In this document: positions 37,180-49,267 of the stretch, piece after piece
How positions within the stretch are numbered: the first letter of the stretch is position 1
Layout: each line of letters starts with the position of its first letter
Position numbers and translations under genes: made by a program
From: Octopus bimaculoides
Lineage: Eukaryota
Assembly (NCBI RefSeq): GCF_001194135.2
Contig: NC_068988.1
Coordinates: 53,660,851 to 53,724,692 of the forward strand
Reading direction: 5' to 3'
Length of the DNA stretch: 63,842 nt
Notes under the pieces: model-generated
Database searches by the model: none
Told to the model about the DNA's origin: nothing
The model's input: only the letters and a program-made list of their open reading frames with translations

Positions 37180-37830
37180 TGACTATTGTCCTATACTCAA
37201 GCCATCACCTCACTTCTCTGGCTGGCTAAACTTCCCAGTCTAAACTGTATTTCTTTCTCTGGTGAGTTTTACCAGCAGATTAATAGGAGAGATTTAGAAA
37301 CTAAGATGGGATCTAGTTATGTAAATCTTTTTGTAGGCTACATTAGCATCAACATTTTTGCTCAGTTCATTGGATTAATTCCAGGCCATATGACTTAAAT
37401 TGATGAGTACCCAACTCCATTTCATTTAGTTGAATTGAAAACAGGTGTACTCTGCATGTGAATTTACTTCTGCTGTCTCGAACACACCTGTCTGTTTCCT
37501 TGATATCTGTCTTTTTTAATAGCATCTACTTTTTCACTTCTTTATACTAGAAATCTACTGATAAGCCTTTAAAAGAGCTTCAACATGGTCAAACTGCATG
37601 CTAAAGATATCAGCCAAAATGCCTTCAAATAGAGAGGAATATAATAGACATAGTTATTCCTGATATTCAAAAAGTTGGAACGGTCAAGACTAGAATATTT
37701 TTCATCAGTGAATGATCTGGTGCTAAACAACAACTTTCTCGTTTTGCTCCTCATCCTACTCTCAACTAAATTCATCCCTTTTTCTCAATTTCTTTAACTC
37801 CACTGGTTATGCCCTTCTATAAAACACACT
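37180..37830 (+). mobile_element. Penelope-like reverse transcriptase relic
   Basis: LNCISFSGEFYQQIN...TKMGSSYVNLFVGYI (PLE motif NxFxFxGxxYxQxxGxxMGxxxxxxxANLF), then CFLDI and IPFSQFL*LHWLC; frameshifted. Confidence 0.75.
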
Positions 37831-37932
37831 TTATGCACTCTGATCCCTAAACTGACCCTAATCTTTCCTGAACATCTTCAAAAAGAACAAGAATCTATGT
37901 GACCTCTTGATTAGGAGCTCATTTTTATCCCT

Positions 37933-38250
37933 CCATATCCTGAAAAGACATTCGAGCGAGATCGTTGCCAGTGCCGATGGACTGGCTCCTGTACAAGTGG
38001 CACGTAAAACACACCATTTCGAGTGTGGCTGTCGCCAGTATCCACTTGACCGGCCCTCGTGCCAGTGGCACGTAAAACACCCACTACACTCTCGGAGTGG
38101 TTGGCGTTAGGAAGAGCATCCAGCTGTAGAAACTCTGCCAAATCAGATTGGAGCCTGGTGTTGCCTCCTGGTCCACCAGTCCTCAGTTAAATCGTCCAAC
38201 CCATGCTAGCATGGAAAGCAGAAGTTAAACAATGATGATGATGATGATAT
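37933..38250 (+). mobile_element. SINE family B
   Basis: Two ~70-bp GTTGCCAGT...GTGGCACGTAAAACAC subrepeats, core and (GAT)n tail. Confidence 0.85.
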
Positions 38251-38413
38251 CCAACTCTGAACCTTCTCATTCTTGTTCCTTTACCAACCTAAATCACTAT
38301 TATTGGCAATGTAACCAGTCTCTAATATATAAAAATATCGAAGGGTCATGGCTGGGATGCCTTTATTTCTACCATATGCTAATAAATCATTTCTATTTCC
38401 TCTATTCTCACAG

Positions 38414-38630
38414 CTGGAATGCCAGAAAGAAACTCAATCATACTTAAAATATGTGCGGAGTTTATTAGCAGAAGAAGAAGCCCGCAAGAAAGAGATGGAA
38501 CGTATGATTCAGGAAGACATTGAGAATCAGTGGCAAAAACGGTTGAAGCAGTGGCGCTTAGATAGAGAGATGAGGAGAGTTCTGATGGATGATGTCTTCA
38601 GGATAAGGAGCCGACAGGTTATGGATAAAT
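38414..38630 (+). CDS. CFAP53: CFAP53 exon 6
   Basis: CACAG|C acceptor, phase 0; LECQKETQSYLKY...RRVLMDDVFRIRSRQVMDK matches the CFAP53 RRQLVDEV..TR..QV.EK pattern; donor T|GTAAGT, phase 1. Confidence 0.92.
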
Positions 38631-38884
38631 GTAAGTCTGCTTATTTTCAACATCATCGTTGGGATCAGTATAGTTATAAGCTAACTACCTTGCAGTATTT
38701 TAGTTACATACCTTTGGATTCTGAGTTCAAAATTGACCTTATTGTGATTTGAGCTTAGTATACCATTGAGGTTAATTTTGTTTTTCCAGGAGGTCAATAA
38801 AATGAGTACTAGTTAAATACTGGGTCCACTTTAATCAATTGTTCCCAAGTTTCTGGCCTTATATGCTTATGCTTATGCTTTGAA

Positions 38885-39290
38885 TTATTGGTGTTGAGCT
38901 GGCAGAATTGTTAGCATTCCAGGAAAAATGCTTAGTGGCATTTTGTCCATTTGCACATTCTGAGTTCAAATTCTCTCGGGATTGACTTTGCCTTTCAGGG
39001 TCGATAAAATAAGAACCAATAGAACACTAGGGGTTGATGTAATTGACTTACTCTCTCTCCCTAAGCTGCTCGCCTTGTACCGAAATTTGGAAGCATTATC
39101 ATTACTAATATTATTATTATTATTATTATCATTATTTGATTGAAGGTGTAGAGCTTCGAAGCATTTCAGCCATCTCTAGGTTCTGAGTTCAAATGCCACC
39201 AAGGTCAATGTTGCCTTTCATCCTTCCGAGGTCGATAAAATAAAAACCAATTGATGTCATTGGCTAAATCCCCTCCACTAAAATTTGATT
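38885..39290 (+). mobile_element. Two tandem SINE family C copies in CFAP53 intron 6
   Basis: Family C units separated by (ATT)n. Confidence 0.75.
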
Positions 39291-39512
39291 GGTGGAATTG
39301 GTAAAGCATTAAACAAATCAATCAAATTTCAACTAGGTTCACAATGCCTTTTATCTTTCTGGGTGTCAATAAAACAAATATGAATCAAGTATTGGAGAGG
39401 AATCTCATTGACTGTACCTTCACCCAAATTAGTGATCTTGTGTATCTTTGTTAAAAGTGATTATTGTTGTTATTAATTTTTCTTCTCTCTTTACTATGTT
39501 ACCATGTTTCAG

Positions 39513-39838
39513 TGGTTGCCATCAACATGGAGAGGGCAGAGGCAGAGAAAGAAAAAGAGCAAGTCCTTGGAGAAATTGAATGGCTTAAAGAGAAGGAAGC
39601 TGAAGAAATTCAAAAAGAACGGCAGAAAAAGTTGCAATACTTCCAAGATCTGCGAGGACAGATTGAGTTCAATACCGCTCATCAGGAGATTTTGAAGAAT
39701 TTAGAAGAAGACAGTTACAAGAAGGAATTACAAGCTGAAGAAGATTTAAAGGCAAAGGTTGAAAACCTGCTTAAATCAAATGTCTCTCTCTGCAAGCAGG
39801 AACATCCTCTGAGACGAGCATTGAGCCAAGTGTGCTGA
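39513..39838 (+). CDS. CFAP53: CFAP53 exon 7 (terminal)
   Basis: TTTCAG|TG acceptor, phase 1; ...LQYFQDLRGQI...HPLRRALSQVC* with the conserved terminal HP(L/M)R(R/K)A motif. Joined CDS 1572 nt = 523 aa. Confidence 0.93.
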
Positions 39839-39860
39839 GCAAACTGGAAGGAATTGTTCA

Positions 39861-39866
39861 AATAAA
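39861..39866 (+). terminator. Candidate CFAP53 polyadenylation signal
   Basis: AATAAA about 22 nt after the stop codon. Confidence 0.4.
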
Positions 39867-40809
39867 TGAACAGTACTTCCCCACCTACACCCTTTTCTCC
39901 ACCCCTACCCATACCATCTTTGCTTTCCTTAATTCTAAGAGACATAAAGAGACCATCTAAGAGACATAAAGAGACCACACCACTTCACTTCATATTTACA
40001 GTTTATTGTTTATAGCCTTCTTTCATATTAAAACAATACAGTTTATCTGTTGTCTTGTAGTTTTGTTTTCTTTACCATTCTAGTTGTCATCATCATTATC
40101 ATTGCCACTGCCACTCTCCTCCTCTTCCTCCTCCTTAATGTCAATATGTAACTCTCATCACCATTAGCTCCAATAGCAGTATTCATTGCCAACTACAGAA
40201 CTGAAATAGCTTAACCAAAGGTAAACACCACTGCAAATACATTGTACCAGTACCATACATGGCAGGTGTACTTATACAAGCCGTCAGTGAATCTTCTGTG
40301 TGATCAGCTAACTTACTATGTATAACAGTCAAGTCTTCTTTCTCCATATTACATCCTATCTTAAAAAAAGGTTACATTGGAAAATGTAGTCTTAGATGCA
40401 CTGTGCTTGAAAAAAGGGAATGACAGAGTTGTCACAGCTGGAATTCCTCTGGTTCCTTCTCATGGTACAGGACAGCAGTCGTAGTTATAACAGACAAGAC
40501 AGTTGAAATACTTAACCGTCACACGTTCTCTAAATTGGTAGATGTCTGCTATCATGAGACACTATTTAACAATGTAAGTCGCATGAGCACTACATAATAG
40601 ATTAGTTCTGAATTCAAATATCATCATAGACGAAAACCTCTGAGCCGAGGGATGAGGAATTAACACCAAGAAAACATGCTCAAAGTCATACTGTAACTAT
40701 TTTGTTTTGGCATTTTGTAGACATAAGACAGTGCACGAATCAAAAAGAGAGCTAATTCCCCTCTCAAATCATACACAACAGTTTTTGACAAAGGACAGAT
40801 ACATTAGAT

Positions 40810-41740
40810 TGTTGTAGTAAAAATGGTACTCTCTTTCCCACATGACAAAGCTGCTATAAAGTCAGACAGTCAGTCATTGTAGGAATCAGTAGTAGCAGAG
40901 TTGTTGTACGAGTTCTCAGTTGGAATCAGTGTCAGTTACGTGATATATAGGAGTTTGAGTTACCATCAAGGTAACGTTTCAATGTCATTGTCTTGCAGAG
41001 CTATCAGCAAAAGCATGATAGATGAGTCAAAGATAATAATACCGCCACAGCATAATAGTGGTGGCAAGAATATTACAGTGCAGACAATAACATACAAGTG
41101 GATGAGTATCCACATTATAACAGTGGTGACGTGAATGTAAACAATTCACGCGGACAGCATTGAAAGAAAAAGAAAAAAATTTTCAAGAGAAAAATAATTC
41201 ACACGGATGACATCGAAAAATTGTTCATGTGGAGAAATTAAAAACTTGATACAGGAGTAACAAGCATTTTTGTTGTACATATTTTATGAAAAATCCATAA
41301 AATTATGGAAAACTTGTTAGAGGGTTTAGTTGAGTTGCAAAAACAGCAACAACAATAACTCAAAGAACAAGAAAACAACAAATGTTGCAGCAACAAATGC
41401 TACAACTAATGAAGCTGGTAATAATACCAGAAAATACATTTTTGCCAGACCTTGTAGCAAATTCAAAAAATGAATTTAAATGTGACCCGGAAGAAGGAAT
41501 CACTTTTGAGGCTTATTACTGAAGATTTGAACAAATTTTTGAAAAAGAATGCCATGACTGGATGGACGGAATGAAAACACATCTAATTCTGAGGAAACTA
41601 GCAACAATAGAGCATGAGAAATACTGTAACTATATATTGCCTAAAAAGGTTTCTGACATAAATTTCACGGACACATATGACATTTTATGTAGGATGTTTA
41701 GTGACAAAAACATTGTTGTTCAACACGGAAATGTTTGAAC
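40810..41740 (+). mobile_element. Ty3/gypsy LTR retrotransposon relic: 5' LTR end, PBS, gag N-terminus
   Basis: ...TATAACA|GTGGTGACG at 41116-41131 (LTR end + PBS-like). 41433-41738 encodes EFKCDPEEGITFEAYY*RFEQIF...LILRKL...HEKYCNYILPKK, typical of K02A2.6-like gypsy gag. LTR start is uncertain. Confidence 0.75.
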
Positions 41741-42738
41741 ATTGAACATTTACTGTCCCTTTTTCCATGCTGGCATGGGTTGGATGGTTCAACGTGAACA
41801 GATGAGCCAGAGAATTACACCATACTCCAATGCCTGCTTTGACATGGTATCTGCAATCAGGTGCCCTTCCTAACACCAACTACTTCACAGAGTGCACAGC
41901 ACCGATGAAGTCACCAAATACCTGAAAGACAAAACTCTTCAACTGAATGGGGTAGAGTATTGAGGGATATGAGAAAAATGATAGAAGAGTAGTAACAGGT
42001 GTCTTGCTGAAGAAGAGAACACTCGGCTTCCCCATCTGGAAAGAAAGAGATATGACATCAAGGTACAAAGTGAATATGAAAGAAAGAATGATAAAAATGA
42101 AGGTATAAAAGACAGGAGAGTCAAATGTGGAAAGCATTTGATCATAAGTTGAATCATTCAGATTTGGAATTAAACATCAACAATAACAGTAATTATGGTA
42201 AAATTTTATTTTTGTTACAAATGGATCAAAACTCGTTGAACCTGTTTTTGTTCATTTTTACTTAGCTACATTAATTTATAAAATATAGAGAGATGATAAT
42301 TTTTTTTTCTGTAATTTTTATTTATATATTTTTTTTTTTTTGTAAATGATATATGAAAATGTAGGAAATGGCAAGCCAAACTAATCAGTTTGTTTCAGTG
42401 ACCAGGTATAATCTTGAAAAAAAAAAAAAAAAAAATTTCATAATTCTTTTTACAATTTTGATACATAAAAATAAATGGCATGGAATATTGTCAACAGAGC
42501 GAGATGATGTCTGATTTGGTATTGGTGAGTTACACAAATATGCCTTCGTTCACCTAATACTCAACAAACAAGACGCTCACACATATATATGATATTAAAA
42601 AAAAATGTAGATTTGACTCTACATTTTGTACTGAGTTCATGGTAAGATGTTTTAATCAAAGATTAATAAATGAAGTAGAGTTTGTGTGAATAAAACTCTG
42701 AGTAACAATGAAATGAATCATGAACAGTCTCCCATAGC

Positions 42739-42775
<37 letters not shown>

Positions 42776-42815
42776 ATATTGTCAATATCAGTTGTAACAT
42801 CATGTGGAAAAGCTT

Positions 42816-42856
<41 letters not shown>

Positions 42857-43325
42857 TCATTTCTCGATTTCAAAAAACCCAAAAATGTAACAAAAAAAAA
42901 AAAATTATCACCACCCCTGATCATTTAAAGTGGCTGAATACATCTGATGAACTGTTGTAACAAACATTCTCAGATTTAAAGCAAGCCATTGAATGCTTTG
43001 CACAAGATATACACTGCTCTTGTCGTGATATGAATCCATAAGCCATGAGTGCAGAAAATTAGACAACATCTCTTCCCCATGGATTTTGTTCAAGACATTT
43101 AGCTGTAAACTTCCAAAGAATCCTTGAAATGGAATGGAATGAGGTATAAATGATATTTAGTGGTGGACATTAACAAGAATGGTACACTTAATATGTAGCC
43201 TATTTTAATACCACCAACCGGTACATAGGTGCCTTTAGCAGAGTCCAGTGTGATAAAGCATTCAGACTAGGTCTCAAGTTTGAGAATAACTTATTCCCTT
43301 TCTCCTGCCAGTATTAGAGGCCCTG

Positions 43326-43357
<32 letters not shown>

Positions 43358-44329
43358 ATGGATACTGTCTTTTCTCTTACTAATCCACAAAATAGGGAGT
43401 GAACTTAAACACAGAATAGAATGTTTAAGCAGCAACCGTAACACAAGCAATGTAAATCACAACCAGGACTTAGATCCAAAGTTAAGGCTGATCAATACAT
43501 GTATGCAATGAGGTAGACAGGACACAGATTTGAGGACGAGTATTGTTTTCTCCAAGTGGATTTGAATTCAGCTCAGGATACCCATTCTTCATTGGTAGAT
43601 GACTGAGTTGTCCAAAAGTTTCAAGTTACATGCTTTGTTTATAAACAAACACACTGGTATCAAGATTTTCAGACTACTGACAGTTTCACTGATAGACACA
43701 AACCCTATCTTTTTCATTTGGGTTACTGTAATATGTACTCTCCTATCTGTGACAAAATGTGAATGTTATAACCAATGAGTAAAGAAATCAGTATCAAAAT
43801 ACATTTGTTCAGCCAAGAAGCATATAAAAATGCTGTATAAAAGAAAAGATAATTACCTAATGAATACTTTTTGTCGGCTCGTTAACCTTCAGCAGTTTAG
43901 TGTTTAGCATCATACACACATTGTGTGTATAATTTATTAGGAGGTAAAGAGGTGACTAATGATTCACTCTGTTGGTACTCAGAGTTTCCTGCCATATGCA
44001 GTTCAGGAAATGTTGAGATTAATAACAAATAGTTACAAGGTGTATTTTAGAAAAACCTTATATTTTTTTTGTTCCACGTACAGATAATATTTGCAAAATA
44101 CACATTAGATGGCAATTTTTCTTTGCCTAGAAACCCAAGCTTCTCAAGATTACTGCTTACTCATTTAGTAAAATAACCAAGTGCCCCAATAATAGGTACA
44201 ATATAGATTAACTGACTGCGTTTTATCAGACCATCAGCACTAGGAAGACTGTCTAGGTCAAGATAGTTCTTATTCACAGTTAGTTTGTAGACTGGCTGCC
44301 GATAATGTGGCTTGCAATACATCATCATC

Positions 44330-44530
44330 ATTTAACGTCCGCTTTCCATGCTGGTATGGGTTGGACGGTTTGACTGAAGGCAGGCAAACCAGGAGGCTAC
44401 ACCAGGTTCCAATCTGATCTGGCAAAGTTTCTACAGTTGGATGTCCTTCCTCTCTGAAAGTGTAGTGGGTGCTTTTTATGTGCCACCAGCACTGGCATTG
44501 GCTATGCTTGAGTGGTGTTTTTTATGTGCC
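44330..44530 (-). mobile_element. SINE family B
   Basis: Reverse complement of family B core and (GAT)n tail. Confidence 0.75.
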
Positions 44531-44869
44531 ACGTTTATAAATATATGTGCTGTCTCTCCTACACCCAGAATCATTGCACCAGGTTCCATTTTGAAGATTA
44601 CGTTTTTGTAATCCGAAAGTAGAAGATTGCTACAAAATATTCATTGAACAAGAGACAGTGAAAAATGAAACTTTGACCTAAAACTCTGACATTTTTCTGA
44701 TTGCTATTATACAGCTATTCTAAAATGTGACTAAGATACTACCTGCAATGTAATTCAAAGGGTAAACTGCCATGGGATAATTTTAAATCTTGGTGCTGGA
44801 TATATAATTTAACAAAGCAGGGAGAAAGACAGTATTCACACAATGCACTACAATTACTGTTACACAAGG

Positions 44870-45430
44870 TTAAAAGCTCTCTACCAATGGCTCACAATGA
44901 ACTGTTGACAGTTCTTTATTTTATAGCAATATGCCAGTCCACTTTTAGTCACTTGAAGGGTGGTTGGAATCCTTCCACAACAAATAAATATAGAGAAATA
45001 TTTCTCTTGTTGAGTATATATAAACATTTCTAAAGTAAAAAAAAAATACCAGTGGAACATTCCCATCAGAACTTCTGCTAAATGCAAACATAACAGGTCT
45101 GATAAAGTGTTTGGAACAGAAACGAAACATTTTGTTCAATTACTGTGGTCATCTGCCCTTCAGATGTGAAAATTTCTTTCAAAATCACATAGAGAATATT
45201 TATGGACAATCGATTCAAAATCTACAAATTCTCTGTCCAGATTACAAATTCCCTGTTGTACCCATAAACATTGGTGCACTCAGTTTTCTTAAAAAATGTC
45301 TAAGTAGCAATCTTGAAAATCTGAGATTTTCATATACAAAGAGTAGTAAGCTAACATGCATATTGCAGTTATAATATACAAGCAGAACAGTAAAAATATG
45401 CAAGGCTTTTTTAATATTCAACTCTTCACT
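44870..45430 (+). mobile_element. RLE-type (restriction-like endonuclease) non-LTR retrotransposon 3' relic
   Basis: Frameshifted LPMAHN...QWNIPIRTSAKCKHNRSD...VICPSDVKIS...ENIYGQSIQNLQILCPDYKFPVVPINIGAL; matches the C-terminal H-N-R-P-D / CP.D / VVPI.IGALG motifs of R4/NeSL-like elements. Confidence 0.75.
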
Positions 45431-45647
45431 CTTATTTTTACCTAATTTATAGTGAAGGAGCACTGTTTCTATGTTAGAAACTAGCTTGTTTCTTTGATAG
45501 GAAGAGTTCAAACAATTGAAAAACAAGGTAAACATAATTACACTAATAAACATGCAAAAATATACATACACATACATAAATATACTAATAAAAATATGCA
45601 TATGCCAATGTAAATATGCAAACATACTCATAAATACACATAAATAC

Positions 45648-45817
45648 GCAGGAGTGGCTGTGTGGTAAGTAGCTTGCTTACCAACCACATGGTTCCGGGT
45701 TCATTCCCACTGCGTGGCACCTTGGGCAAGTGTCTTCTGCTATAGCCTCGGGCCGACCAAAGCCTTGTGAGTGGATTTGGTAGACGGAAACTGAAAGAGG
45801 CCCGTCGTATATATATG

Positions 45818-45848
<31 letters not shown>

Positions 45849-46046
45849 TTGTCCCCCCAACATTGCTTGACAACCGATGGTGGTGTGTTTATGTCTCCGT
45901 AACTTAGCGGTTCGGCCAAAAAGAGATCGATAGAATAAGTACTAGGCTTACAAAGAATAAGTCCTGGGGTCGATTTGCTCGACTAAAGGCGGTGCTCCAG
46001 CATGGCCGCAGTCAAATGACTGAAACAAGTAAAAGAGTAAAAGAGT
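45648..46046 (+). mobile_element. SINE family A, full length and CpG-intact (young)
   Basis: A-box TGGCTGTGTGG, B-box GGTTCATTCC, internal (TA)(TG)n, tail (TAAAAGAG)2. Confidence 0.9.
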
Positions 46047-46893
46047 AAGTACATACATAGACATATATGTATACATGAGCTTATGAAGATCTGTTAACTT
46101 AAAAAGCTTAATAGAAAATGTCTTTAAAATCTGTTATATTTTTCCTACAGCATAACTGTAAGATGGAACCTCTCCATCTAAACACACACATATGTATACT
46201 TATACACACACACACACTTACTTTACATACATATACACACACAAAAAAACAAAAAAAACTTACATAATATATACATATTGTAAATAAAATTTTCTGTCAG
46301 TTTTAGTTAACTAAACTACCTATTTGATGAATAAAGTGCAAGTGGCTAAGTATCTTTCTTTTTTTGTTTTATTTGCTGGGTCTGGAAGAAGAGGCAGTGT
46401 CCATGGCATGTACAGCCTTTACAGCTCCTCAAAGACTATTGAAACTGATGCTGTTAAAGTACTCCTTGAACCATTGCAAGTGAACACCAATGAAAAAGAC
46501 ATGTCCAAAATGTTGAATTTCCACCAGCCAATGGCAACATCACTGTACTCTTGGTCAAATTTTTTTGTGAAATTATACATATATATGTGTTTGCATACAT
46601 GTGTGTGAGTGACTTTTTTTTTACATATATTACACAAAGAGGTCTGCTGGAGGGAAATTTATAAAAATAATTTTTAAAAAATGAAATTTTTTTCACATCA
46701 AAAAACAATGATTAATGGTTATCCCTTAGGTTTTCACAATGAGTATTCCAGTTCTTCAATCAATAAATCTACCAATTCCTTGTATCATAGTGTATGTGGG
46801 TAAATATTCCATAGAGTATTGCATCATTAATCTCATACTCTGCATGACAGTGCATATGGTAAGATTGACCTTGTTGTATTACAGGTACAGTCC

Positions 46894-47082
46894 AGCCAAC
46901 AGGCTTCTACATAGCTTTTCTGTCAACACAGTTTCTTTCACAAGGTTTGGGCCAACCCAAGGCTAGGCTATAGAAAACACTAACCTAAGGCGACACACAC
47001 TAGATTTAAACCTGAAAACCTGTATTTACAAAACGAAATCCTTAACCATTTAACCATAAATGCAACTTAATGACTATTAAAA
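46894..47082. repeat. 189-bp direct repeat, copy 1 (copy 2 at 49079-49267)
   Basis: About 6 differences between copies; the sequence is a decayed minus-strand SINE A fragment plus flank. Confidence 0.9.
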
Positions 47083-48361
47083 CACTCAACCACATTTCAT
47101 AAGAAATAAGCTTCTTGATTATATATGATCATAATATTAAGAATTCTGAGGCAAAGGTTGTTTGTGATTTGTTTTTTTTTTGTTTTTTATGTTTTTTCAA
47201 GTGTGTTAGAATATTTACAATTTGAATACTAGCCTGCAATAAAAAAAAATGTATTGTTATAACTACCTGAGAAGAGACATTTGTTGAAAAAAAGCTTTCC
47301 AAAATGTATTTTCAAATTCTATAGAATTCAAAAAAATCTCAAGTACACTTGAGATGAATAAAGGTTTTCAAAATGTTTTGTTTTTATTTGAGAATTTGTC
47401 TTCTTCCCTTACTTTACTGTTTCACATCTATTTCTTCTTTTTTTCTTTTGTTTTGGTGGTGGTGGGGTTCATATCTGCACAAGTATGGTGGTTTTTCTGA
47501 AGGGGAACTTTTTTTTTTATAGCAAGATGCTTGCACTTCTTAACTACTAACTACTCAACCAGAAAGAGAGAATTGAAAGTTTTTTTTTCTTTATTCAGTC
47601 GAGCAGTTAAGTATATTTATATATCTTGCTCTGCAATGCAACATAATAGCTTTAATAGGATTCGAACTTATGACTATGTGTTTAGGTAGATCATCACCTT
47701 TATCTCACAACCATTGTACCTTATGTTTCATGGAAACATTTTTTTGATTTTTATATTGTATGAACGAATCTCATAAATTTAATGGCTTAGGAAAAAGGTA
47801 GTACCCACAAATTAGGCTGGTCCTCTGGTTCAGTTTGAACATGTATAAGTCGCTGTCACCATCATCATTTTAACATCCATTGATGATGATGATGATGATG
47901 ACATCAATGTACAGATGTTGATGTCTGCAGGAAAACTGCTGGAGGGAATTACAGAGGTTTGATGTCCTTGGGTGTGAGGATAGGGTAAAATGTGGTTAGT
48001 GTGGTGGTCTGAGGGAGTGAGACACAGTAGGTGGTGGTGATGAAAAGAGAAGAGATAAAAGTCAGATGGAGATTGGTTGAGGTATGCAACTAGCTAGTTC
48101 AGAAGATAATGGGATTAAGTGGAGATAATGTATTGAGCCACACTTGAAGACTGTCTTCAGGTAAGTAGGAAATATCAGTTTGAAAGTGCTTATGTTATAT
48201 TCATGATAATATCTGACCTGAATATGACATACTAATGAAATACTTGTCAGTTATACATCGCAGTTGCTACTTCCGGCACTGGGTTGTTTCTGTTCATTGG
48301 ATCTATCAATGGCAAATAAATTGACCAAGAGAAGTGCAAGCATATGCAGGTACCGCTATAT

Positions 48362-48738
48362 CAGGGATTCTCAACTATTTTTTACTTATGGACCCCTTTA
48401 ATTACTATTTTATTCTGGTGGACCCCCGTAGTCATTCAATGTTGAAAAACTAGTATTATAGAAACTTTTTTCAGCATTTCTATTTTGTTTAACACACACT
48501 AACTTGTGTTGGTTGAACTATGTAAACTGTTAGAGAAAAAAAAAACCTAGCTGTTTCTTGTAATACATACCAATAAATACATTTAAAACAAAAATTTTTT
48601 CAGGGACCCTTAAAATACAATTGTGGATCCCCAATTGATCTATTTTGTTGTGTGGACCCCAGCCCATAAATGTTATCTGGATTCTCAGGGACCACACGGC
48701 CCCTGAGGGTCCATATGGACCCTGGTTGAGAACCATTG
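48362..48738. mobile_element. hAT (Charlie-like) MITE
   Basis: TIRs CAGGGATTCTCAAC...GTTGAGAACCATTG; decayed 8-bp TSD CGCTATAT/CCCTACAC; internal GGACCCC subterminal repeats. Confidence 0.75.
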
Positions 48739-49078
48739 CCCTACACAGTTTCTTGATCTGCTTCAAATAACAGCCAAATCTTTCCTCGATAACACTCTAT
48801 TGTCATGAAAAAAGTGAAGGGCACAAATGAAGGTACCTTGATACCTTGAAGAATGGGATGATCACAGAATATCTTTGATCATGTCTGCTCAGTCAGGCTT
48901 GACCTGACACTAATCAATAACAGCCATGAGCAAAGTTGTGCAGCTAAAAGAGAGAGTGGATGGTTAAGTGGATAATCAACCATATGGTTGGAGTTTGTAT
49001 CTCATCAAAGACACAGTGTTGTCTCTGATCTAATACACTTGAAAATCTCCAACTACACAGTTCAGCTATTTGTAAATA

Positions 49079-49267
49079 AGCCAACAGGCTTCCACATAGC
49101 TTTTCTGTCAACACAGTTTCTTTCACAAGGTTTGGGCCAACCCAAGGCTAGGCTATAGAAGACACTAACCTAAGGTGACACACACTAGATTCAAACCTGA
49201 AAACCTGTATTTACAAAATGGAATCCTTAACCATTTAACCATAAATGCAACTTAATGACTATTAAAA
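49079..49267. repeat. 189-bp direct repeat, copy 2
   Basis: Near-identical to 46894-47082. Confidence 0.9.

Noticed and set aside
46324-46708. GC-richer patch with ORFs on both strands and a minus-strand acceptor near 46650
   Set aside because: No recognisable homology, ORFs run through microsatellite-like sequence, and no consistent exon partners; cannot be supported as coding.
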